This document shows positions 1 to 7,514 of a DNA stretch of 13,725 nt, in pieces. The translations under genes and the position numbers were made by a program. The DNA comes from Candidatus Iainarchaeum sp. (GTDB lineage: Archaea > Iainarchaeota > Iainarchaeia > Iainarchaeales > CSSED10-239). The notes below the pieces were generated by a model. It was not told where the DNA came from. It did no database searches and saw only the letters and a program-made list of their open reading frames with translations. Position 1 is the first letter of the stretch; the number at the start of each line of letters is the position of its first letter. Location: NCBI GenBank assembly GCA_003559395.1, contig PWLL01000005.1, forward strand, positions 1 through 13,725, given 5' to 3'.

Positions 1-94
1 TATAAATATAATCAATCCTATATTAAAAGAAAGTTTTTTATAAATATTATTTATTTTTTCTCTTTTTACACATATAATATATAGTATCTAAACT

Positions 95-125
95 ATTAAA
101 AAAGGTTGTTTTTTGGAAAAACAAA
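95..125 (-). terminator. Possible terminator after rnp2: weak A/T hairpin followed by a T6 run on the minus strand
   Basis: Immediately 3' of the rnp2 stop (126-128), 106-113 can pair with 117-124 (8 bp, one G-C, 3-nt loop). Next on the minus strand is TTTTTT (complement of 98-103). Oligo-T tracts are the usual archaeal termination signal. The hairpin is weak. Confidence 0.3.
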
Positions 126-476
126 CTAAATTTGTTTTTTCTCTTTTTCTTTTAAATTTGTTTTTTTAATTGTGTTTTTTACATCAACAACACAAACCAA
201 TCCAAGATCTTTAACAAACAACAAAGATCCTAAAAAATCATCCAAACAGTCTTTATTTACTCTAAAAAACAAACACTTTTTTTGAAAATCAACATCTAAA
301 AGAGTTATGTTTGCAAGAGTTGCTTTTACAACACCGTGCAAATAAGAAAAAGCACTATTAAACATAAAATAAAGTTCTTTTTCTGAATTACCACTAATAT
401 CAAAAGAAACTTTTATTTGAACGTATCTTTTCTTATGTCTTCTTGTTGGTTTAATAACGTTTATTTTTTTTTTCAT
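126..476 (-). CDS. rnp2: RNase P protein component 2 (Pop5 family)
   Basis: 116 aa. N-terminal 'KPTRRHKKRYVQIKV' matches the archaeal Pop5 signature (P. horikoshii Pop5 'LPPTLRDKKRYIAFKV'). 'LFFRVNKDCLDDFLGSLLFV' parallels 'GIVRCDRNYVYDVIFALTLV'. Size and position directly after Rpp30, with an ATGA overlap, fit the archaeal Rpp30-Pop5 gene pair. Confidence 0.8.
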   Translation of the reverse strand: MKKKINVIKPTRRHKKRYVQIKVSFDISGNSEKELYFMFNSAFSYLHGVVKATLANITLLDVDFQKKCLFFRVNKDCLDDFLGSLLFVKDLGLVCVVDVKNTIKKTNLKEKEKKQI

Positions 477-1078
477 AATTTCTCTTTTAAAACTCTTTTG
501 CTTAAGGTTTCAGGGACCTTAAATTCTTTTAAAAAATTAATTGTAATGAGTGGGTCAACAACCTCTTCTATCTTTCTTGCATAACTACAAAATAAAAAAT
601 CAACTCTTTTATCCATACAAACCTCATATACAAAAAAAGATTGTTTTATTGTTTTAATGGCTTTTGATTTTTGTTTTCTATAATCGTCAAGATTAATTAT
701 AATTCTTTTATTATTTTGTTTAGCTAGATTTGCAGAAGCTTCATCAAAAGCAAGATTTTCAGAAAAAGGATTAAATAGATATTTTATCTTTTTTGATTCT
801 AAAACTTTTGAAATATTATTAACATCTCCACCATATCCAAAAACAACATCTTGAGCAACATTAACATTAAGATCTTTTAACAAATATGCTTTTTTGTAAT
901 TTATTTTTTCAGATTTTGGCAATTCAAAATCTTTTACATCTTCTTTATTATTAACTTCTCTAACAACATAAACGATTGTTATTGAGCAAGAAAGAAAAGC
1001 ATCTTCAATTTCTAAAAAGTTATTGTTCTTAAACAATTCTTCTGAAACAACATCAATATATTCTTCTTTCATAATCAC
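473..1078 (-). CDS. rnp3: RNase P protein component 3 (Rpp30 family, PHP/TIM-barrel-like)
   Basis: 201 aa. The C-terminal two thirds follow the Rpp30 pattern: 'KYLFNPFSEN..FDEASANLAKQNNKRIIINL', then 'RVDFLFCSYARKIEEVVDP', compared with P. horikoshii 'DAIISPW...[20 protein letters not shown] ... RRFLTSSAQEKWDVRYP'. The start in the track is GTG (1076-1078), overlapping the argS TGA. An ATG two codons downstream (1070-1072) is an equally good start. Confidence 0.7.
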   Translation of the reverse strand: MIMKEEYIDVVSEELFKNNNFLEIEDAFLSCSITIVYVVREVNNKEDVKDFELPKSEKINYKKAYLLKDLNVNVAQDVVFGYGGDVNNISKVLESKKIKYLFNPFSENLAFDEASANLAKQNNKRIIINLDDYRKQKSKAIKTIKQSFFVYEVCMDKRVDFLFCSYARKIEEVVDPLITINFLKEFKVPETLSKRVLKEKL

Positions 1079-2775
1079 ATCTTTTTAGGTATTTTTATGC
1101 CTAACAGGTCTAGTGCGTTTCTTAGAGTAATAAGATACGCTTTAGTTATTAATAGTCTTTTATTTTGTAGTTGTTTATCTTCTGACAAAACAACACAAGA
1201 GCTATAAAACTTATTAAACATTCTTGCTAACAACAAACAATAGTTTGCAATAACATGTGGTTTATATTCTTTGGTTGCAAGCTCAATTTTTTCTTTAAAA
1301 TGATTTATCAAAGATAATAAAGTTTTTTCTTCTATTGTCAACTCTATTTTTAATTTATGAATATTTTCTAAAGAAACACCTTCTACTTTTCTTAAAATAC
1401 TTTGTGCTCTAACGCCACTATATTGAACATAGACAGAAGAATCACCTTGTATATCTAAAGCATCTTTTAAAGAAAAGTCAAGGGTTTTATTTAACCCAAG
1501 TTTTAACATCTCAAACTTAATAGTTCCAAAAGCAATGTCTTTTACTATTTGTTGTTCTGTTTCTAGATTGTTTTCTTTTAGTTTCTCTAGAACTTTCTTA
1601 AATAAAAGATCTCTAAAATCTTCATAAAGAATCAACGAGCCTTCTCTTGAAGCCATCTTTTTTGATTCAAAGTTTACTGTTCCGTGCGCTATATGATGAT
1701 GGTAGTTATCTTTATAAATAAGATCAAACAAACAAAAAAGTTGTTTAAAATAAAAAGCCTGTTCAGAACCAACAACATACAAAAAATAAGAAGCGTCAGG
1801 ATATTTTTCTTTTTTTAATAAAACTAACCCTATATCTTTAGCACCATATAAAGGCGCTTTGTTTTGTTTAACTAGCAAAAGCACATCCAGATCTTTTTTT
1901 TTAAGATCTGCAATAATTGCACCTTGGCTTTCATAAATAATATCAGCATGTTTTTTTTGCAAATCTTCTTGTATCTCTAAAAACTTTCTTTCTGATTGAC
2001 TTTCAAAAAAAGAATCATCAAGATAAACATCTAGTTCTTCTGCTATTTTAAAATAACTTTTAACACACATGTCTCTTAGTTCTTTTATTTCTACTTGCAT
2101 TTCTTTGTTATTTTGTATTTTTGATTGAAGTTCGTTTATTTCTTGTTCGTAATCTTTGTTTTCTTTTAGAGTTTGGTTTGCTGAAATATAAATTTCTCCA
2201 AACCATTTTGTTTTATATTTTTCTGGAATATCTTTTTTAGTAAGTTTTTGTTTTTTAAAATACCAATACCACTTAGCAATGTGTGTGCCAACATCTCCAC
2301 TATAAAAAACTGGTTTTGGATCTTCTCCAGAGTATTTTAGTAGTCTATTTATGGATTCTCCAGTAACTATGTTTCTTAGATGACCTACGTGCACTGTCTT
2401 TAAAGGGTTTACATTAAAAGTGTCTATGATTATTTGTTTTGGCGTTTCTTTTTTTGTTTTTCCATAGTCTTTGTCTTTTTCTAGAACTTCTTGTACAAGT
2501 TGTTTAAACAAATAATCATCTGTAATCTTTAGATTTACATATCCGGAGATGCAAGAAAAAGAATATTTGTTTTGAGAAACACTTTTTAGTTTTTCTGTAA
2601 TTTCTTCTGCAATTACTTTTGGATTTTTTTTGTAAATTTTAGATAAAGAAAAAACAGGAAAAGAATAGTCTCCTTGAGTTATTTCTGGTGGTGTTTCTAT
2701 TAGGTTATGTATCTCTTGTTTTGATAGATCAACAAAAGTATCTAAAATTGCACAAAAATCATCTTTTACATTCAT
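1075..2775 (-). CDS. argS: Arginine--tRNA ligase (class I ArgRS)
   Basis: 566 aa. HIGH-type motif 'NPLKTVHVGHLRN'. 'KKMASREGS' stands in place of the ArgRS MSTRxG motif. The C-terminal DALR-like anticodon-binding region ends in the characteristic terminal Met ('...GIKIPKKM'). Confidence 0.95.
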   Translation of the reverse strand: MNVKDDFCAILDTFVDLSKQEIHNLIETPPEITQGDYSFPVFSLSKIYKKNPKVIAEEITEKLKSVSQNKYSFSCISGYVNLKITDDYLFKQLVQEVLEKDKDYGKTKKETPKQIIIDTFNVNPLKTVHVGHLRNIVTGESINRLLKYSGEDPKPVFYSGDVGTHIAKWYWYFKKQKLTKKDIPEKYKTKWFGEIYISANQTLKENKDYEQEINELQSKIQNNKEMQVEIKELRDMCVKSYFKIAEELDVYLDDSFFESQSERKFLEIQEDLQKKHADIIYESQGAIIADLKKKDLDVLLLVKQNKAPLYGAKDIGLVLLKKEKYPDASYFLYVVGSEQAFYFKQLFCLFDLIYKDNYHHHIAHGTVNFESKKMASREGSLILYEDFRDLLFKKVLEKLKENNLETEQQIVKDIAFGTIKFEMLKLGLNKTLDFSLKDALDIQGDSSVYVQYSGVRAQSILRKVEGVSLENIHKLKIELTIEEKTLLSLINHFKEKIELATKEYKPHVIANYCLLLARMFNKFYSSCVVLSEDKQLQNKRLLITKAYLITLRNALDLLGIKIPKKM

Positions 2776-2790
2776 ATTAAATCAATAATA

Positions 2791-2863
2791 CGAGCCCGGT
2801 GGGATTCGAACCCACGACCCACAGCTTAGAAGGCTGTTGCCCTATCCACTAGGCTACGGGCTC
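2791..2863 (-). tRNA. tRNA-Arg (anticodon UCU), 73 nt, no encoded CCA, no intron
   Basis: The reverse complement folds by hand into a canonical cloverleaf. Acceptor GAGCCCG/CGGGCTC. D arm GCCT-AGTGGATA-GGGC. Anticodon stem ACAGC/GCTGT with loop CT-TCT-AA. 5-nt variable loop GGGTC. T arm GTGGG-TTCGAAT-CCCAC. Discriminator G. The GC-rich island in AT-rich DNA is typical of tRNA genes. Confidence 0.9.
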
Positions 2864-2873
2864 CTTTCTTTTT

Positions 2874-2889
2874 CTATATATAATTTATC
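2874..2889 (-). promoter_or_regulatory. Candidate archaeal TATA box for the tRNA-Arg/argS transcription unit
   Basis: The minus strand reads 'ATAAATTATATATAG' ending about a dozen nt upstream of the mature tRNA 5' end. Position and composition fit an archaeal TATA element with a short 5' leader. No other promoter-like element lies between here and argS. Confidence 0.4.
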
Positions 2890-2914
2890 GTACAAAAAGT
2901 TAATAAATAGAACT

Positions 2915-2940
2915 TAAAAAAAGAAAAAAGAAAAGATAAA
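2915..2940 (-). terminator. Oligo-T termination tract downstream of the DsbA-like gene
   Basis: Directly after the stop at 2941-2943 the minus strand reads 'TTTATCTTTTCTTTTTTCTTTTTTTAAG', with T4, T6 and T7 runs. This matches archaeal oligo-T terminators. Confidence 0.4.
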
Positions 2941-4374
2941 CTATTGATAAAGTTTATCATAGTGTCTTTGTAGTTCTTCTAACTCATCCATGTATTGTTC
3001 CATAATGCCTTCAACAAACATCATTCCAAATTGTTCTCTATTTTCAAACAATTTTTTGTGTGTTTCATAATATTTGTTTTGTTCTTCAGCACATCTTACA
3101 AACACAGCAGGGAACAAAGATTGTGCTTCATAAACAATAAAATCTTTTATCACTATGTTTACAAGACTGTCATCAAAATAGTCTTCTTTTATCTTAGGAA
3201 CAAGCTCTTCTTGTATCTTTTGACTACCTCCACAATCATAGTCAGAAAACAAATAAACTGTAACTTGTGCGTTTTCATCTCCAATTACATAATCGTCTTC
3301 ATGATCTAACACCGTATAATCTGTAAGATAAGTTGTTTTAAGACTGATTGTATATCCACCATTTGGAATCTCTTGAAAGAACCCATAAAACATCTCTTGT
3401 TCTTCTTCTGTAAGCTCTAACTTTGATACATCTCCTTCAACAAAAAAGAAAGGAAGATGATGTATATTGTAGGTTTCAAAAAGATTTGTTATGTGCTCTG
3501 GTGCGTCAAAGAAATCTACATGGTTTGTTTCAATGGTATCAAAAAACTTTATAAAAAAACTAGCATAATCTGACATCAAGGTACTTTCGATTATGTTTTC
3601 TAGTTCGTCTTCTGTAAAAGCGTGTTCTTGATTATAGATTATATGTAAAACAGGATCTTGTTCTGCATCGTAATCATAACCATCTTGTTCTGTTGTTGAA
3701 AAATCTACTAACGGAAGATCGTTATCTATATCTTCAAGCGCAGCATCTATTCTTTTTTTTAAAACATCATATTCAACAAATCCGTCCATCTTATATCCAT
3801 TAACCATAATTCCAGGAGTTCCTTGAAAACCAAGAACTTCTCGAGCCAAAGTCATATCAGCCATGATTTTGTTTAAGATGTCAGATTCTTCAAAAACAAT
3901 ATCTTCTGAATAATTGTTTTTTGCAATACAAATTTCCATTTCTTCTTGATCTAAATTCAATTCATCATACCAACCTTCAAAAATATCTGTTTGTTCTTGA
4001 ATAATTTGTTGGTTTAGACGATATTGTAGATCTTCTAAAATTTCATAAATCTCTTCTTCTGTATATTCAACATCATCATCCAGACCAGGGTCGTCATCAA
4101 GATCGTCATCAATTCCATTTTCATCAATTTTCTCATCTGCATCTTCAATAGTTGTTGATGGAAGTGCAAATAACAAAACAATAATCACAACTAACAAAGC
4201 ACTTAAAATAGAGATTAACAAAACATCTTTCTTTTGAACATTTTGTTTCTTTTTTTCTATTTTTGGTTTTGTCGTGACTTTTTTATTTTTAGGTTCTGGG
4301 GTTTGTTTTTTTGGGGCTGTGTTTTTCTTCACATTTGTTTTTTTCTTAACAGAACCTTTTTTTTTCTGTACCAA
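2941..4374 (-). CDS. Membrane-anchored, highly acidic protein with degenerate DsbA/thioredoxin-like modules (CGGS instead of CxxC)
   Basis: 477 aa. Residues 1-49 are Lys-rich and a single TM helix lies at about 51-71. An acidic linker (DDDLDDDPGLDDD) follows. Residues ~140-215 ('LNLDQEEMEICIAKNNY...LGFQGTPGIMVNGYKMDGFVEYDVLKKRIDAAL') look like the C-terminal half of a DsbA-family domain. Residues ~369-448 ('AQVTVYLFSDYDCGGSQK...VFVRCAEEQNKYYETHKKLFENREQF') look like the N-terminal half. The start codon is TTG (4372-4374), preceded by AGGTGA. Confidence 0.6.
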   Translation of the reverse strand: MVQKKKGSVKKKTNVKKNTAPKKQTPEPKNKKVTTKPKIEKKKQNVQKKDVLLISILSALLVVIIVLLFALPSTTIEDADEKIDENGIDDDLDDDPGLDDDVEYTEEEIYEILEDLQYRLNQQIIQEQTDIFEGWYDELNLDQEEMEICIAKNNYSEDIVFEESDILNKIMADMTLAREVLGFQGTPGIMVNGYKMDGFVEYDVLKKRIDAALEDIDNDLPLVDFSTTEQDGYDYDAEQDPVLHIIYNQEHAFTEDELENIIESTLMSDYASFFIKFFDTIETNHVDFFDAPEHITNLFETYNIHHLPFFFVEGDVSKLELTEEEQEMFYGFFQEIPNGGYTISLKTTYLTDYTVLDHEDDYVIGDENAQVTVYLFSDYDCGGSQKIQEELVPKIKEDYFDDSLVNIVIKDFIVYEAQSLFPAVFVRCAEEQNKYYETHKKLFENREQFGMMFVEGIMEQYMDELEELQRHYDKLYQ

Positions 4375-4380
4375 ACTAAA

Positions 4381-4386
4381 TCACCT
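4381..4386 (-). promoter_or_regulatory. Shine-Dalgarno AGGTGA, 6 nt upstream of the TTG start of the DsbA-like gene
   Basis: The minus strand reads 'AAAAAAAGGTGATTTAGT-TTG-GTA-CAG'. AGGTGA is complementary to the conserved archaeal 16S rRNA 3' end (...GAUCACCUCCU). Confidence 0.6.
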
Positions 4387-4510
4387 TTTTTTAAATATTG
4401 TTTATTATAAAAAACAATTAAATAAAATAATATATAGAGAAAAAACCTTTTAAAAGCTATTTATTTATAATAAAGAAAATACCTAATCATTTTTAAGATA
4501 TTTGTAACTA

Positions 4511-4518
4511 AAATATAT
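4511..4518 (+). promoter_or_regulatory. Candidate TATA box for valS (implies a leaderless or near-leaderless mRNA)
   Basis: 'AAATATAT' is centred about 30 nt upstream of the valS ATG (4545). No SD-like sequence occurs in 'CCCTAAAAAAAGATAAAT' before the ATG. Confidence 0.35.
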
Positions 4519-4544
4519 GTTTATAACCCTAAAAAAAGATAAAT

Positions 4545-7001
4545 ATGAACATAAAAGAAATGCCTAAAAAATACGATGCAAAAGAACAAGAAGAAAATAT
4601 TGCAGAATCTTGGAAAAAAAACCAAACTTTTTGTTTTGAAAAAGACAATGTAGATAAACCAATCTATTCTATAGACTCACCACCACCAACAGTTTCTGGC
4701 AAACTACATATTGGACATGCCTATGGTGCAACCATCATGGACTTTATTGCAAGATATAAAAGACTAAAAGGGTATAACGTGTTCTTGCCAATAGGAACAG
4801 ACGATAACGGACTACCCTCTCAAAGACTTGTAGAAAAAATAAAAAAAATAAAAGCAAAAGATATGCCTAAAAAAGAATTTATAAAAATATGTAACGAAGT
4901 AATTAATGGGCCAGAAGGAATAAGAGAAAAATACCTTGATGATTTTAAAAAATGGGGCATAAGTGTTGATTGGAATATTAATTATTCAACAATCGATAAA
5001 CACTCAAGAAAAATATCTCAACAACACTTTATTGAACTTTATAATATTGGACGCGCATACAGAAAAGACGCAGCCACCATGTGGTGCCCTTTATGTCAAA
5101 CTGCCATTTCACAGGTTGAGCTTTGTGATTTAGAAAAAGAGGCTTTATTTAACGATATTGTTTTTAAGATAGAAGAAGAAGATCTAGAAGAAAAATTTAC
5201 AATATCAACAACAAGACCAGAACTTCTACCTGCTTGTGTTGCTGTTTTTTATCATCCAACAGATGTAAGATACAAAAAATATCAAGGAAAAAAAGCAACC
5301 GTGCCTTTATTTAACTTTAAAGTGCCTATTTTAGAGGATGAAAGAGCAGACCCAGACAAAGGAACAGGAATGGTTATGTGTTGTACGTTTGGTGATCAAA
5401 CAGATATTGAATGGCAAAAACTACACAACCTGCCAATAAAAGTAGCAATAACAGATGACGGGAAACTTTCTTCGCTTGCTGAAGAATATCAAGGCATGGA
5501 TGTTAATAAAGGAAGAAAAGAAATAATTACTGTATTAAAAGAAAAAGGACTTTTAGTAAATCAAACAAAAATAAAACACACAGTAAACGTTCATGAAAAA
5601 TGTAACACGCCTATTGAGTTTCTTCAATCTAAACAATGGTTTATTAAATATCTAGATCTAAAAGAAGAAATGTTGCTTTGGAGTAAAGAATTTAACTGGA
5701 TTCCTGAATTTTTTAGAAGTAGATATAATAATTGGGTTAATGGTCTTGGTTGGGACTGGTGTGTTTCTAGACAAATCTCTTTTGGAATTCCTTTTCCTAT
5801 ATGGTATTGTAAAAGCTGTGGAGAACCAATATTTGCTAAAGAAAAAGACCTTCCAGTAGATCCAAGCGTAGATAAGCCACCTATAGATGTTTGTCCTAAT
5901 TGTCAATCAAAAAACATCATTCCTGAAACAGATGTGATAAACACATGGGCAACAAGCTCACTCACACCAACAATTGCAAAAGAGCTTATAAAAGGGCACG
6001 ACACCTACGATTTACTTAAAGACACACCCATGGACCTAAGGATAGAAGGACACGACATCATCTCTTTTTGGTTATTTAACACAGTCTTTAGATCAAAGAT
6101 ACATAACAACCAGATTCCTTGGAAAAACGCCATCAACACTGGCTGGATTCTTGATAAAAAAGGAAAGAAGATGGCAAAGTCTGTTGGAAACGTCATTGAG
6201 CCACAAGAGATTGTTGGGAAATATTCAGCTGATATTTTTAGATATTTTTCTGCAACCTATAAGTTAGGATATTACATTCATTTTAATGAAAAAGAACTTA
6301 TAAACGGAAAAAAAACAATCACTAAACTATATAACGCAACAAAATTTGCATATAGTCATCTAGAAGATTATGAACCAAATAAAGAAGATTTAGAAACCCT
6401 TTCAGGAATAGACGCATACATGATACACAAACTAAACAACATAATAACCTCAACAACAAAAAACAACGAAAACTATGATTTTTCAAAAACACTATCTGAA
6501 ATTGATTTGTTTTTTTGGAAAGAGGTTTGTGATAATTATCTAGAAATTGTAAAAGATAGACTCTACAATCCAGAAAAAAGAGGAAAAGAAAAAAGAAAAC
6601 AAGCACAAGCTACGTTGTTTGTTTTGTTTAAAGATATATTAAAGATGTATTCTGTAATCGTTCCGTTTGTTACTGAATATCTTTATGATTTTTATTTTAT
6701 AAGTTATGAAAAAGAAAACACTATACACAAAACTAGCTATCCAACAACCTACGACGTAGATACAAACGAAAACAAAATAAAACAAATAATTGAAATTATT
6801 TCCTTTATAAGAAACTATAAAGCATCTAAAAACCTTTCACTAAAAACAGAAATTAATAAACTAGAAATAGAAACAAAAGAAGATATCACAAACATAGAAA
6901 AAGATCTTAAAGCATGTATGCAAATTAAAGAAATTGCGTTGGTTAAGCTTGAGAGTCCAGATTATAAAACAGAAAGCTTTAAAATCAAAATAAACCTATA
7001 A
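4545..7001 (+). CDS. valS: Valine--tRNA ligase (archaeal type)
   Basis: 818 aa. 'PPPTVSGKLHIGHA' (HIGH). 'KMAKSVGN' (KMSKS). Editing-domain block 'TTRPELLPACVAVFYHPTDVRY...DPDKGTGMVMCCTFGDQTDIEW' is typical of archaeal ValRS. Cys pairs 'CPLCQT', 'CKSCGE' and 'CPNCQS' are consistent with zinc knuckles. Confidence 0.9.
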   Translation: MNIKEMPKKYDAKEQEENIAESWKKNQTFCFEKDNVDKPIYSIDSPPPTVSGKLHIGHAYGATIMDFIARYKRLKGYNVFLPIGTDDNGLPSQRLVEKIKKIKAKDMPKKEFIKICNEVINGPEGIREKYLDDFKKWGISVDWNINYSTIDKHSRKISQQHFIELYNIGRAYRKDAATMWCPLCQTAISQVELCDLEKEALFNDIVFKIEEEDLEEKFTISTTRPELLPACVAVFYHPTDVRYKKYQGKKATVPLFNFKVPILEDERADPDKGTGMVMCCTFGDQTDIEWQKLHNLPIKVAITDDGKLSSLAEEYQGMDVNKGRKEIITVLKEKGLLVNQTKIKHTVNVHEKCNTPIEFLQSKQWFIKYLDLKEEMLLWSKEFNWIPEFFRSRYNNWVNGLGWDWCVSRQISFGIPFPIWYCKSCGEPIFAKEKDLPVDPSVDKPPIDVCPNCQSKNIIPETDVINTWATSSLTPTIAKELIKGHDTYDLLKDTPMDLRIEGHDIISFWLFNTVFRSKIHNNQIPWKNAINTGWILDKKGKKMAKSVGNVIEPQEIVGKYSADIFRYFSATYKLGYYIHFNEKELINGKKTITKLYNATKFAYSHLEDYEPNKEDLETLSGIDAYMIHKLNNIITSTTKNNENYDFSKTLSEIDLFFWKEVCDNYLEIVKDRLYNPEKRGKEKRKQAQATLFVLFKDILKMYSVIVPFVTEYLYDFYFISYEKENTIHKTSYPTTYDVDTNENKIKQIIEIISFIRNYKASKNLSLKTEINKLEIETKEDITNIEKDLKACMQIKEIALVKLESPDYKTESFKIKINL

Positions 7002-7021
7002 TATATAAAGAAAGAAAATAA

Positions 7022-7504
7022 ATGAATAATAAAAAAACATCTTTTGTTGGAGATTTAATAATTATTGTTATTATTGTTGTATTTATCTATCTTGCATACC
7101 TGATAATTACGCCAGACAAAGCAACACAACTAGAAGAAATATACCAAATCTATAACATAACAGAAAACAACCTAGTTCCAACCAACAAAAACGAATATGT
7201 TACAACGCTTTCTAGTGTTGATAATGAACTGGCACTACCAATAATTGATTTTATAAACCTAGAAATAGAAAAAGAAAAACTTCAAAGAAACATAAACCAA
7301 AGCCTTTTTCTAGATTGTATATCTATTGACCTTTATAGAAAAATTGATAGATATATTTCTAATAAAAATATAACTGTTAGAAAATTTCAAAACTCATTAG
7401 ATAATAAAACTAAAGAGCTTTACTGGAACGCATATATTAGTTCTTTTGAAGAAAATAATATTGAAGAAGTGTATGATAGAATAAAGCTTCTTGAAAGATG
7501 CTAA
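7022..7504 (+). CDS. Hypothetical N-terminally membrane-anchored protein
   Basis: 160 aa. Short basic N-terminus 'MNNKK', one hydrophobic helix 'FVGDLIIIVIIVVFIYLAYLII', then a polar Asn/Glu/Lys-rich domain. I recognise no family motif. It is wedged between valS and bud32 on the same strand, so it is probably co-transcribed. Confidence 0.5.
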   Translation: MNNKKTSFVGDLIIIVIIVVFIYLAYLIITPDKATQLEEIYQIYNITENNLVPTNKNEYVTTLSSVDNELALPIIDFINLEIEKEKLQRNINQSLFLDCISIDLYRKIDRYISNKNITVRKFQNSLDNKTKELYWNAYISSFEENNIEEVYDRIKLLERC

Positions 7505-7514
7505 GGTGTTTTTT

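Noticed and set aside
2995-3309. 104-aa plus-strand ORF inside the DsbA-like gene
   Set aside because: It lies antisense to a much longer ORF with recognisable motifs. Its product is Phe/Ile/Leu/Lys-rich low-complexity sequence, typical of shadow ORFs in AT-rich DNA. It has no SD or promoter.
2941-4374. The 477-aa secreted-domain protein as the archaeosortase substrate
   Set aside because: Its only TM helix is N-terminal. The C-terminus ('...ELQRHYDKLYQ') is hydrophilic, with no motif/TM/basic-tail sorting signal.
5658-6606. Three minus-strand ORFs (5658-5906, 6005-6196, 6322-6606) inside valS
   Set aside because: All are antisense shadow ORFs within a confidently identified ValRS gene. Their translations have no recognisable motifs.
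7022-7110. Type IV pilin/archaellin-like class III signal peptide at the N-terminus of ORF160
   Set aside because: It has a basic N-terminus followed by a hydrophobic helix. However, the [KR]-[GA] cleavage motif expected just before the hydrophobic stretch is absent; the sequence is KKTSFVGD.
7022-7504. ORF160 as the KEOPS subunit Cgi121, given its size and position next to bud32
   Set aside because: It has a clear TM anchor and no resemblance by eye to archaeal Cgi121 sequences that I recall. I keep it as hypothetical.
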